Shown: in pieces, positions 1 to 12,985 of the stretch
How positions within the stretch are numbered: the stretch's first letter is position 1
Layout of the letters: every line of letters begins with the position of its first letter
Assembly (NCBI GenBank): GCA_050247295.1
Contig: JBFWUJ010000003.1
Location: 1 to 59,399, forward strand
DNA length: 59,399 nt
Reading direction: 5' to 3'
From: Sphingomonas sp.
GTDB lineage: Bacteria > Pseudomonadota > Alphaproteobacteria > Sphingomonadales > Sphingomonadaceae
Notes under the pieces: model-generated
Database searches by the model: none
Told to the model about the DNA's origin: nothing
What the model saw: only the letters and a program-made list of their open reading frames with translations
Position numbers and translations under genes: made by a program

Positions 1-365
1 TCGGCCTCGCCGGCGAGCGCCAGCCGGGCGTCCTTCAGCATGCCGTCGGCATCGAAGCCGCGCAGGCCGAGCGGCCGGCCCTCGAACACCGGCGGAGTCG
101 CATCGGTGAAGCTGGCGGGCGCGGCGCCCTTGCGCACATAGATGGCGTAAGCGGAGCGATAGGGCGTCGCGACGTCGTGCGAGACGTGGTGGAGCAGGAT
201 CAGCTCCTCGCCCTCCGCCGCGTCCTCCAGCGACACCCGGCATGGGAAGCCGCGCGAGGACCCCGCGACGACGCGGCGTGCGCCCCGTTCCGCCAGCTCG
301 CCGTCATTCATGCCGAACAGGCTTTCGAACGCCGCCGGCGCCAGTCCCTCGATCCGATAGGTCAT
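1..365 (-). CDS. DUF1203-like protein (3' end runs off the window)
   Basis: Hand-translated, absent from the ORF track: MTYRIEGLAPAAFESLFGMNDGELAERGARRVVAGSSRGFPCRVSLEDAAEGEELILLHHVSH...PYRSAYAIYVR. The GFPCRVSL..A..GE motif resembles DUF1203. AAAGGAG RBS upstream. Confidence 0.75.
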   Translation of the reverse strand, partial: MTYRIEGLAPAAFESLFGMNDGELAERGARRVVAGSSRGFPCRVSLEDAAEGEELILLHHVSHDVATPYRSAYAIYVRKGAAPASFTDATPPVFEGRPLGLRGFDADGMLKDARLALAGEA

Positions 366-444
366 GATTGTGGCTCCTTTCGAAGCCTGTCTGGACAATC
401 GGGGGGGCGGGCGCGTCCCGCCGCTTGCGGTCAAAGCAATCGGT

Positions 445-1329
445 TCAGCGCGGCGCGCACAGATCGGCCAGCCGGGCCATGTCTTCCGCGCTCCAGTCAT
501 CGGGCATCAGCATCAGGCGGCGGCTGGGCGGCAGATACCAGCTCAGCATCCGGACCCGCTCCGCCATCAGCGCCTCATCCACCCCTTCCCGCACGAACTC
601 GGCGACGGACTTGCCGATCACGAGCGACCGGGTCGGCCGCATCGCCGGCACCACGATGAGGGCGACGCGCGGATCGGCCAGTCCCCAGCCTTCGACGAGG
701 TGGCGATAAAGGGCGCGGGCGGCCGGCGCCGACAGATATTGCCCGGACGGCGTTCCCACCAGGATTTCCTGCCCCGTCTTCAAGGTCGAGCGTTCGGCCA
801 CGCCGACCATCCTTGACTCGATCTGGTCCGCCGGCGGCGCTTCAAGCGCTTCCTCGACCTCGAACGGCTCTCCTTCAGGGCAGTCGAAGCGCAGGATCGA
901 ATCGAGCACGCCCATCGACATTACATAGGCCGGCGCATCCGGGCCCGCCTGGTCGGAGGCGAACAACGCCGCGCCGACGCCCTGATCGACCATCGATCCG
1001 GCGACGTTCATCAGGGAATTGGCTTCGAACGCCGCCGCGTCACCGGGCAGTTCGAGGCGCAGATAGGGCATTCCGTCCGGGCCGGTGAAAACCGGCGGAT
1101 CGGGGACCACCAGTGCCGCGGTCCAGGCCGCGCCCCAGAACCGATCGAACCAGGCCCGATCCCGCGTCGCCGGATCGACCGCGCACAACCCTCTCAGCTG
1201 CTCGGTCGCGGCGAGGTCGAAGACCGCCGCGCCGGTCGCGAAGCGGCGTTCGGCGCGCTGCGGGACCGGCGCGTCCCGCGAGGCCGAAATGTCGCCTTTT
1301 CGACCCGAAAACCAGTCCCTGATCCCCAT
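445..1329 (-). CDS. hypothetical protein
   Basis: ORF 445..1359 has normal composition. Likely start is MGIRDWFSG at 1329. Contains a GPDGMPYL motif; family not recognised. Confidence 0.7.
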   Translation of the reverse strand: MGIRDWFSGRKGDISASRDAPVPQRAERRFATGAAVFDLAATEQLRGLCAVDPATRDRAWFDRFWGAAWTAALVVPDPPVFTGPDGMPYLRLELPGDAAAFEANSLMNVAGSMVDQGVGAALFASDQAGPDAPAYVMSMGVLDSILRFDCPEGEPFEVEEALEAPPADQIESRMVGVAERSTLKTGQEILVGTPSGQYLSAPAARALYRHLVEGWGLADPRVALIVVPAMRPTRSLVIGKSVAEFVREGVDEALMAERVRMLSWYLPPSRRLMLMPDDWSAEDMARLADLCAPR

Positions 1330-1460
1330 GCGCCGCCTCCCGATCCGGCCGCCTTGCATCGCAGCAAAGCCCCTGCTAGGGCGCCCGCGAAGCCGAATGG
1401 GCGTGCCGCCACGCGCGCCCCCTCATGGCTCCAAATATCCGATCAGGAGTTCAAAGGCGC

Positions 1461-3579
<2,119 letters not shown>

Positions 3580-3581
3580 CG

Positions 3582-4463
3582 ATGGCCTCTCTCAAGGCGC
3601 TCAAGAACCGGATCTCCTCGGTCAAATCGACCCAGAAGATCACCAAGGCGATGAAGATGGTCGCCGCCGCCAAGCTGCGCCGGGCGCAGCAGGCGGCCGA
3701 GGCGGCGCGCCCCTATTCCGAGCGGATGGCGGCGGTGATGACCAGCCTCGCCGGCTCCGTCGCGCCCGGCCCGCAGAGCCCCAAGCTGCTCGCCGGCACC
3801 GGCAAGGACGACACCCATTTGCTCGTCGTCTGCACCTCGGACCGCGGCCTCGCCGGCGCCTTCAACACCAATATCGTCCGCGCCGCGCGCAAGAAGGCGG
3901 AAAGCCTGATCGCCGACGGCAAGCAGGTCTATTTCTACCTCGTCGGCCGCAAGGGCAAAGCGGTGATCGGCCGGGTGTTCCCGAAGCAGATCATCCACCA
4001 GCACGACACCAGCGAGATCAAGCAGCTCGCCTTCGCCGATGCGCAGGCGATCGCGAACGATATCGTCGACCGCTACCAGACCGACGGCATCGACGTCGTC
4101 CACCTGTTCTATGCCCGCTTCCAGTCGGCGCTGGTGCAGGAGCCGATCGGCCAGCAGATCATCCCGGTGCCGCCGGTTGAATCGGACGCGGCGCCGGCCG
4201 GCGGCGGCGCGGCGATCGACTATGAGCCGGACGAGGATGAAATCCTCACCGAGCTTTTGCCACGCAACGTCGCGGTTCAGATCTTCCGCGCCTTGCTGGA
4301 GAATGCGGCTTCGGAGCAGGGTAGCCGGATGACCGCCATGGACAATGCGACCCGCAATGCGGGCGACATGATCAACCGGCTCACCATCGAGTATAACCGG
4401 ACCCGCCAGGCGGCCATCACCAAGGAGCTGATCGAGATCATCTCCGGAGCGGAGGCCCTATGA
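3582..4463 (+). CDS. atpG: ATP synthase F1 gamma subunit
   Basis: [18 protein letters not shown] ... [19 protein letters not shown]. Confidence 0.99.
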   Translation: MASLKALKNRISSVKSTQKITKAMKMVAAAKLRRAQQAAEAARPYSERMAAVMTSLAGSVAPGPQSPKLLAGTGKDDTHLLVVCTSDRGLAGAFNTNIVRAARKKAESLIADGKQVYFYLVGRKGKAVIGRVFPKQIIHQHDTSEIKQLAFADAQAIANDIVDRYQTDGIDVVHLFYARFQSALVQEPIGQQIIPVPPVESDAAPAGGGAAIDYEPDEDEILTELLPRNVAVQIFRALLENAASEQGSRMTAMDNATRNAGDMINRLTIEYNRTRQAAITKELIEIISGAEAL

Positions 4464-4768
4464 GACAGATCGTGTTGCTATCGGCGCTGTTCGCAGGCGC
4501 CGCGTTCGCCCAGACGACGACCGCGCCCACCGCGGCCCAGTTCCAGCGCGCGATGGCCGAGGCCTGCCCCGCCCCGCGCGCGGCGGTCCGCAACGTCCGC
4601 TGCGACCGGGCCGAGGACGGCTCGGTGCAATTCTCCTGCACCTACGAGATGCAGGGCGCCAACGGCCAGTGGGCGAGCCACACAGCGACCCTGCAGCAGG
4701 CCGAGGGCCAATGGGTGTGGATCGACGGCCCGACCCGCTGCGACGGCGAGGACACGGGACCGAATTGA
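4460..4768 (+). CDS. small secreted 4-Cys hypothetical protein inserted in the atp operon
   Basis: ATGA overlap with the atpG stop; Sec-type signal peptide ending AFA|Q; four Cys in the mature part. Confidence 0.8.
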   Translation: MRQIVLLSALFAGAAFAQTTTAPTAAQFQRAMAEACPAPRAAVRNVRCDRAEDGSVQFSCTYEMQGANGQWASHTATLQQAEGQWVWIDGPTRCDGEDTGPN

Positions 4769-6345
<1,577 letters not shown>

Positions 6346-6346
<1 letters not shown>

Positions 6347-6606
6347 TGGCCGATCTGCATTTCGAACTGGTGACGCCGGAGAAGCTGGTCCGCGCCGAGG
6401 ACGTCCATATGGTCGTCGTCCCCGGTTCGGAGGGCGATTTCGGCGTGCTGGCCGGGCACGCGCCCGTCATGTCGACGATCCGCGACGGCGAGCTGGCGAT
6501 CTACAAGAGCTTCCCCGGCGAGCCCGAGCGGATCGCGGTCAAGGGCGGCTTCGCCGAGGTCAACGACAAAGGCCTCACCGTGCTGGCGGAGAGCGCCGGC
6601 AGCTGA
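6346..6606 (+). CDS. atpC: ATP synthase F1 epsilon subunit (short, beta-sandwich only)
   Basis: [10 protein letters not shown]...[15 protein letters not shown]...GGFAEV; ends at 86 aa. Confidence 0.95.
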
Positions 6607-6609
6607 GCC

Positions 6610-7122
6610 TTACCGGCCGCCGTCGCAGGCGCGATCGCCAGCGGAATCGTCTTCGCTCAGCATGCGCCAGGTGCGCGCCGCGCCGCCGTCGCGCCGTGAA
6701 TGGGTGACGACCAGGGCGGTCGCGGTGCGGCGATAGACGATCCGCTGCGGCGAAACCGCTTCGTCGGTCACGAACTCCACCGCCCGCTCGCCAACCCGGA
6801 CCGAATGATAGATGGCGGGTGTCGGACTGCTCGCTCCGCGCATGCGATGGGTCAGCACGAAATCGTCGCCCCGGCCGAGAATCCGGCCGTTGGCGAGCGG
6901 CTGCGCGCCGACCCGAACGCCGCCGCGCACCTCATCCACCAGCACATGGGTCCCGGACCAATCATCCGGCTGCCAGCGCTCGCGGTGCAACAGGGCCGTG
7001 GCACCGGCGCCCGACACGCGGCAGCTCCAGCTGCCATGAAGCCAGTCCAGCGGTGTCGGCGGCCGCCATTCGCTGTCCTGGGCGGCCAGCGCCGTCGCGA
7101 GGATAAGGGCCGATAGGGTCAT
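6610..7122 (-). CDS. secreted hypothetical protein, DUF6265-like
   Basis: Signal peptide MTLSALILATALAA; LDWLHGSW and PQRIVYRR motifs recall DUF6265. Confidence 0.55.
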   Translation of the reverse strand: MTLSALILATALAAQDSEWRPPTPLDWLHGSWSCRVSGAGATALLHRERWQPDDWSGTHVLVDEVRGGVRVGAQPLANGRILGRGDDFVLTHRMRGASSPTPAIYHSVRVGERAVEFVTDEAVSPQRIVYRRTATALVVTHSRRDGGAARTWRMLSEDDSAGDRACDGGR

Positions 7123-7177
7123 GTGCCTTGCCTCCGCCGCCACGCATCCTTCCGCGCCAAGGCTGAACCGGCGATGA

Positions 7178-8080
7178 TCAGTCGGGCGTGCCGGCCACGA
7201 CCGGCGCCTTTTGCGACCGCCACAGCCACAGGCCGCCAAGGATGATCAGGGCGGCACCGCCGAAAGTGGCGAGATCGGGCCGTTCCTGGAACAACCACCA
7301 GCCGATGCCGGCCGCGACCAGCAGCTGCACATAGGTCATCGGCGCCACGAGCTGCGCCGACGCGCGCGTCGCGGCGGCATAGATCAGCGTATGCCCCAGG
7401 GTGGCGAAGAAGGCGACCGCGAGACACTTCGCCACGACCATCGTCGAAGGCATGGCGATCGTGAACGTCGCGCCGCCCAGATGATGCAGGATCGTCGCCG
7501 TGGCGACGATGATCGGCGCCGCGATCGCCGCAAGCAAAAGCTGCATCACCGCCACCGGCGCATCGCCCGCCGCCTTGCGGTTGAACATCATCAGCCAGGA
7601 CATGCCGAAAGCGGCGCCGAGCGGATAGAGCGCGACGACGCCGAGCTCCAGCACATTGGGCCGCAGCACGACCAGCACGCCCGCGAAAGCGAGCAGGGTG
7701 GCGAGCAGGGTCGCCCGTGTCGTCCGCTCCCGCAGCACCAGGGGGGACAGCAAGGCCGTGATGATCGGACTGGTGAACTGGATTGCCGTGGCGTCCGCGA
7801 GCGGCATCGCCATCACCGCCATGAAGAAGCAGATGGTGGCGAAAGCGACGGCGAGGCCGCGCCCGAACTGCAGCGCCGGCCGCGGCAGCACGAACCCCGC
7901 CCGGCCGTGCCGCCAGGCGACGAACAGCGCCAGCCCCAAGGCGCCGAAGGTGTAGCGCAGCGCCGAGACCGCCGTTCCCGGCCAGTCTCCCGCCATCGAT
8001 TTCACCACCGCATCTCCGACCGAGAGCGAGAAGAAGCCGGCCAGCGCGATCAGCAGGGCGGAGCGGACGGAAGGAGCCAT
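7178..8080 (-). CDS. DMT/EamA family transporter
   Basis: About 10 hydrophobic segments; [21 protein letters not shown] and [15 protein letters not shown] duplicated EamA motifs. Confidence 0.9.
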   Translation of the reverse strand: MAPSVRSALLIALAGFFSLSVGDAVVKSMAGDWPGTAVSALRYTFGALGLALFVAWRHGRAGFVLPRPALQFGRGLAVAFATICFFMAVMAMPLADATAIQFTSPIITALLSPLVLRERTTRATLLATLLAFAGVLVVLRPNVLELGVVALYPLGAAFGMSWLMMFNRKAAGDAPVAVMQLLLAAIAAPIIVATATILHHLGGATFTIAMPSTMVVAKCLAVAFFATLGHTLIYAAATRASAQLVAPMTYVQLLVAAGIGWWLFQERPDLATFGGAALIILGGLWLWRSQKAPVVAGTPD

Positions 8081-8137
8081 TGCCGGCCGTTGGAGCCGGC
8101 CGCGCGGATTGTCAAAGCCGGGCGGCCGGCCGCCGCG

Positions 8138-8746
8138 TCACGGGCGGCGATAGTCGATGCAGGCCCTGGGACTTTGCACCGGCGCGGTCAGAGCGGATGC
8201 GTCCCAGTCGAGATAGGCGCAGAATCGATAGGGCCGGCTGCCGAGCGCGCCCATGTCGACATCGAAGGCGTAGCTGAAGGTGAACGGCGAGGCGGCCGAG
8301 GCGCGGATCCGCTCGGATGTCGGCGGCGTCGCACGGGGATCGATCGTCCGGCAGAACCAGCCGTGCAGGGCCGGCGCATCGTTCATGCCGAGATGGCCCA
8401 TCTCAGCCTGGACCGGCGGCCCGTTGGGAACGGAAAGCACCTCGCAAACCTGATCGCCCGGTACGGCGCTCGGTTGCAGCGCGGAAAAGCTGCTCGTCAC
8501 GTTCGAGAGCGGCGCATTGCCGAGGACCGTGACCTGCAACTCGCCCTCATAGGCACCGGTCTCGGCGCCGACGGCGAAATCATAGGTGCAGCGCATCACC
8601 CCGCTGCGCCCGCCGGCGACGCAGCCCTGCAGCGTCATCGCCAGCGTCAGCCTCGCCCCGGACGGCGCGGGAGCGGTCTGCACCGCGCCCGCCATCGCCG
8701 GCGCCAGCAGCGAGACGATGCCCGCCGCCATGGCGAGAGGCCTCAT
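8138..8746 (-). CDS. secreted Cys-containing hypothetical protein
   Basis: ATGA overlap with the upstream gene; signal peptide MRPLAMAAGIVSLLAPAMAGA; six Cys in the mature part. Confidence 0.65.
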   Translation of the reverse strand: MRPLAMAAGIVSLLAPAMAGAVQTAPAPSGARLTLAMTLQGCVAGGRSGVMRCTYDFAVGAETGAYEGELQVTVLGNAPLSNVTSSFSALQPSAVPGDQVCEVLSVPNGPPVQAEMGHLGMNDAPALHGWFCRTIDPRATPPTSERIRASAASPFTFSYAFDVDMGALGSRPYRFCAYLDWDASALTAPVQSPRACIDYRRP

Positions 8747-9315
8747 CCCGCCGCGCCGCGCCGCACCCGGGTCCAGACATAGCGGCCGCTTGGCGTCCAT
8801 TGTCCGTCAGCCCCGATATCGAAGGCGGCGGTGACATATTCGTCGCCATTCTCCTCGTTGCGGTGGCCTTCGCGCCAGTCGCGCCCGTCCGGCAGCCAGA
8901 GCGTCATTTCGACCTGGCCGCGATTGGCGGCCGGAGCGGTGGTCTCGCCGCGGCCATAGACACCCGGCCCGCCCCATTGTTCGATGATCACCCGCCGCTC
9001 TCCCGGATGATAGAATTCGCGGAAGTTCCACATCTCCGTCTCGCGATCGCCCTCGATCGTATAGAGCCGGCCGATCAGGACGTGGCGGTCGTTCGCCATT
9101 CGCCATTCCATGCCGAAGGCGTCCGGCACGTTGGGATCGTTGGCGCCGGCGGGATTGGGCGCACGCCACGTGCCGCCGTCGCGGCTGATGAAATCGACAT
9201 GCGCCAGCCACCATTCGGGCAACGTATTCGCCATCCGCTGCGGCTGTTGCGCCGTAGCGGCCGTGCCGAACGCGCAAAGGCCGATGAGAAACAACAGGAT
9301 CGTTCGCAAGCGCAT
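8743..9315 (-). CDS. secreted hypothetical protein (Trp-rich, beta-strand pattern)
   Basis: Signal peptide MRLRTILLFLIGLCAFGTAATA; GGAGG RBS upstream. Confidence 0.75.
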   Translation of the reverse strand: MRLRTILLFLIGLCAFGTAATAQQPQRMANTLPEWWLAHVDFISRDGGTWRAPNPAGANDPNVPDAFGMEWRMANDRHVLIGRLYTIEGDRETEMWNFREFYHPGERRVIIEQWGGPGVYGRGETTAPAANRGQVEMTLWLPDGRDWREGHRNEENGDEYVTAAFDIGADGQWTPSGRYVWTRVRRGAAG

Positions 9316-9508
9316 CCCCGCCTCCAATATTGGTAATCAATTACGGAGTTGCGCGATGAGTGGCAAGCGGCATCCCCCCTTCGACGGAGATGCCGCGATT
9401 CTTCGATGAAGGGCCCGCGTGCCGGTTAGTCCTTTGTCAAAGTTTCCGTCTTATTCACCCTGACCGAGGCCGCGTTTCCGGCCGTATTGACGAGGCGGCG
9501 GCGACGCG

Positions 9509-11053
9509 ATGAGTGCTTTCGGACGACGCGGAGGTGTGGGCAACGGCGCCAATGGACGGCCGAGTTTCGGCGTCGCCCAGCCGATGAAGGGCCCTGCGTC
9601 GGCGCAGCCGCGCCCGGCCGCCCCGGAGCCCGAGGACGAGGGCGGCGCCCAGTTTCCGCCGCTCGAGACGCTGAACGAGGCCGCCGAGCCCGCCACGCTT
9701 GCCCCGTCCGATCGGGCGCAGGAGGCGATGGCCCGCCTCGACAACCGCCAGTCGCAATCGGGCGATCAGGGAAGCTCCAAGGTCGAGGGCTTCGAGGCCG
9801 CGATCCACCGGATCAAGGAGCAGGTCCTCCCCCGGCTGCTCGAACGCGTCGATCCGGAAGCGGCCGCGACCCTTTCGAAGGACGAGCTGGCCGAGGAATT
9901 CCGGCCGATCATCGGCGAAGTGCTGGCCGAGCTGAAGATCAATCTCAACCGGCGCGAGCAATTTGCGCTGGAGAAGGTGCTGGTCGACGAGCTGCTGGGC
10001 CTCGGGCCGCTCGAGGAGCTGCTCAACGATCCCGACATCAGCGACATCATGGTCAACGGACCGCAACAGACCTTCGTCGAAAAGAAGGGCAAGCTGGCGC
10101 TGGCCACGATCCAGTTCCGCGACGAGGAGCATCTGCTCCAGATCGCCCAGCGGATCGTCAACAAGGTCGGCCGGCGCGTCGACCAGACGACGCCGCTGGC
10201 CGACGCCCGCCTGCAGGACGGCAGCCGCGTCAACGTCATCATCCCGCCGCTCTCGCTGCGCGGAACCGCCATCTCGATTCGCAAATTCTCCGAAAAGCCG
10301 ATCACCGTCGACATGATGCGCGGCTTCGGATCGATGTCGGAAAAGATGGCGACGGTGCTGAAGATCGCCGGCGCCAGCCGGATGAACATCGTCATTTCCG
10401 GCGGCACCGGCTCCGGCAAGACGACGATGCTCAACGCTTTGTCGAAGCTGATCGACCCCGGCGAGCGCGTGATCACCATCGAGGACGCGGCCGAGCTTCG
10501 GCTGCAGCAGCCGCACTGGCTGCCGCTGGAAACCCGGCCGCCGAACCTGGAAGGCCAGGGCGCGATCACCATTCGCGACCTCGTCATCAACGCACTGCGT
10601 ATGCGCCCGGACCGGATCATCCTGGGCGAGATCCGCGGCAGCGAGTGTTTCGACCTGCTCGCCGCGATGAACACCGGCCACGACGGCTCGATGGCGACGC
10701 TTCACTCCAACTCCCCGCGCGAATGCCTCGCCCGCATGGAGAACATGGTGATGATGTCGGACATCAAGGTGCCGAAGGAAGCGATTTCCCGCCAGATCGC
10801 CGATTCGGTGGACCTCATCGTGCAGGTGAAGCGCCTGCGCGACGGTTCGCGCCGCACCACCAACATCACCGAGGTGATCGGCATGGAGGGCGACGTCATC
10901 GTCACCCAGGAGCTGTTCAAGTTCGAGTATCTTGACGAGACCCCGGACGGCAAGATCATCGGCGAATATCGCTCGATGGGCCTTCGTCCCTACACTCTCG
11001 AAAAGGCGAAGCAGTTCGGCTTCGACCAACCCTATCTGGAAGCGTGTCTCTGA
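9509..11053 (+). CDS. cpaF: CpaF/TadA family pilus assembly ATPase
   Basis: Walker A GGTGSGKTT, IEDAAEL, ALRMRPDRIILGEIRG, AMNTGHDGSMATLH. Confidence 0.92.
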   Translation: MSAFGRRGGVGNGANGRPSFGVAQPMKGPASAQPRPAAPEPEDEGGAQFPPLETLNEAAEPATLAPSDRAQEAMARLDNRQSQSGDQGSSKVEGFEAAIHRIKEQVLPRLLERVDPEAAATLSKDELAEEFRPIIGEVLAELKINLNRREQFALEKVLVDELLGLGPLEELLNDPDISDIMVNGPQQTFVEKKGKLALATIQFRDEEHLLQIAQRIVNKVGRRVDQTTPLADARLQDGSRVNVIIPPLSLRGTAISIRKFSEKPITVDMMRGFGSMSEKMATVLKIAGASRMNIVISGGTGSGKTTMLNALSKLIDPGERVITIEDAAELRLQQPHWLPLETRPPNLEGQGAITIRDLVINALRMRPDRIILGEIRGSECFDLLAAMNTGHDGSMATLHSNSPRECLARMENMVMMSDIKVPKEAISRQIADSVDLIVQVKRLRDGSRRTTNITEVIGMEGDVIVTQELFKFEYLDETPDGKIIGEYRSMGLRPYTLEKAKQFGFDQPYLEACL

Positions 11054-11064
11054 TACGCTGACCT

Positions 11065-12297
11065 TCAGGAGTGGCGCGCGATCCAGTCCTCGACCACCGG
11101 GGCGATCTTCGTCCGCCACTTGCCGCCGTGGAAGATGCCGTAATGGCCGGCGCCCCTGGCGAGATGATATTTCTTCCGTGACTGCGGCAGGCCGGTCGCG
11201 ATCGTCAGCGCCGCCTTCGTCTGGCCGACACCCGAAATATCGTCGCGCTCGCCCTCGATCGCCAGCAGCGGAATATCCCTGATCGCGGCCGGATCGACCG
11301 GCCGCCCGCGATGCGTCATCTCGCCCTTCGGCAGCGCATGGCGCTGGAAGACGACGTCGATCGTCTGCAGGTAGAATTCCTCGGTCATGTCGCAGACCGC
11401 GCGATATTCGTCGTAGAAATCCTTGGTCGCCTCGGCGCTTTCGTCGTCGCCATCGACGAGGTGGCGGAACATGCTCCAGTGGCTGACCAGATGATTGCCG
11501 AAATTCATCGCCATGAAGCCGGCGAGCTGCAGGAAGCCCGGATAGACCCGTCGCCCGGCTCCGGGATAAAGATAGGGGACCGTCACGATCACATTCTTTT
11601 CGAACCAGGCGAAAGGACGCTGGGTCGCGACCGTATTGACCTCGGTCGGCGCCTTGCGGGTGTCGATCGGCCCGCCCATCATGGTCAGCGTGCGCGGCCG
11701 CAGCGGGTCCTTGTCGGCACTCATCAGGCAGGCGGCGGCGTAAGCCGGGACGGAAGGCTGGCAGACGGCCAGCATATGCGCCCCGCGGCCGTCCGCGTCG
11801 GGGCCGATCGCGCGCAGGAATTCGATCAGATAATCGACATAATCGTCCAGATCGAAGCGGCCCGAATCGAGCGGCACCAGCTTCGCATCGCGCCAGTCGG
11901 TGATGTAGACGTCGTGGCCGGGCAGCATCCGTTCGACAGTGCCGCGCAGCAACGTCGCATAGTGGCCCGACATCGGCGCGACCATCAGCAGCTTCGGCCC
12001 GCCCTCAACGCCCTCGCGCCGGAAGCGCTTCAACTGGCCGAAAGGCTTGCGGAGCACGATCTCCTCGCGGACCGCGACCTCGCGGCCGGCGACCATCGTG
12101 GTTTCGATCCCGAATTCGGGCTTGCCGCGCGGCGCCGAGGCATGGGCGAAGACATCGAGCGCCGAAGCGACGATCGGTCCCATCTGGGAATAGGCCAGCG
12201 GATTGACGGGATTCTGCATCCATCCGGAGCCCATATGGGCGAGGGTGCTGGCTCCAGCGAGCAGCGACCGCTGCACTTCATAGGCGTCGTATAGCAT
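11065..12297 (-). CDS. phaZ: intracellular polyhydroxybutyrate depolymerase
   Basis: VAPMSGHYATLLRGTV, catalytic AVCQP, EGERDDISG, GAGHYGIF. Start at MLYDAYE. Confidence 0.93.
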   Translation of the reverse strand: MLYDAYEVQRSLLAGASTLAHMGSGWMQNPVNPLAYSQMGPIVASALDVFAHASAPRGKPEFGIETTMVAGREVAVREEIVLRKPFGQLKRFRREGVEGGPKLLMVAPMSGHYATLLRGTVERMLPGHDVYITDWRDAKLVPLDSGRFDLDDYVDYLIEFLRAIGPDADGRGAHMLAVCQPSVPAYAAACLMSADKDPLRPRTLTMMGGPIDTRKAPTEVNTVATQRPFAWFEKNVIVTVPYLYPGAGRRVYPGFLQLAGFMAMNFGNHLVSHWSMFRHLVDGDDESAEATKDFYDEYRAVCDMTEEFYLQTIDVVFQRHALPKGEMTHRGRPVDPAAIRDIPLLAIEGERDDISGVGQTKAALTIATGLPQSRKKYHLARGAGHYGIFHGGKWRTKIAPVVEDWIARHS

Positions 12298-12498
12298 CGG
12301 GTCTTTCTTGCCGCGTCGGTGCGGCCTTATGGGCGGGGGCGCCCGGCGGGTCCAGAGATTTCGCCGCCCCGGCGCTCCCGCCCGGCAGCGGGACGGCGGC
12401 GCCGCCGGCCCCTCGTGACATTTGAAAATCGTTGCGGCATCGTTCGAAAGCGACGCGGACCGAACGAGTCGGCGGCGCCGGTAACGGGAGATTGGGGG

Positions 12499-12912
12499 AT
12501 GATCCGCAAAGTCAGGATGTTGGTGAGCGCGCTGGTCCTTGCCGGGGCGCTGTGGACGCCGACCGGCGCCGCCGCACAGGTCAATCGCGAATTGTGGTTC
12601 CGCAACGAATGCCGCCATCCGGTCAGGCTGTTCGTCTATCATGAGCATGGCGACGGTTCGTGGGTCACTCATGGCTGGTACGAATTTGCCGGCAACGAGG
12701 GGCCGATGCGGCCGACACAGGGGTCCCGGCCGCTCGTCCATATCGAGGGCCGACCGCTCTTCATGTATGTCGAATCCACCAATGGCTCGCGCCAATATTG
12801 GGAAGGGGCGCAGCGGGTGATGTTCAACGGCCAGGAATATGCGCTGATGCGGGCCACGCTTTCGGTCCGCCAGGGGCAGCTTTCCTTCGGCGTCAATTGC
12901 AACGGGCAATAG
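12499..12912 (+). CDS. secreted protein, DUF1036-like
   Basis: Signal peptide followed by FRNECRHPVRLFVY...GSWVTHGWY, resembling the DUF1036 N-terminal motif. Confidence 0.6.
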   Translation: MIRKVRMLVSALVLAGALWTPTGAAAQVNRELWFRNECRHPVRLFVYHEHGDGSWVTHGWYEFAGNEGPMRPTQGSRPLVHIEGRPLFMYVESTNGSRQYWEGAQRVMFNGQEYALMRATLSVRQGQLSFGVNCNGQ

Positions 12913-12985
12913 CATCGCCCGTTCCGGCATGAGGCGGCCCGGCGCGCGCCATTGAGCGCGCCCGGTCCGGCTGCTAGGCGACCGC

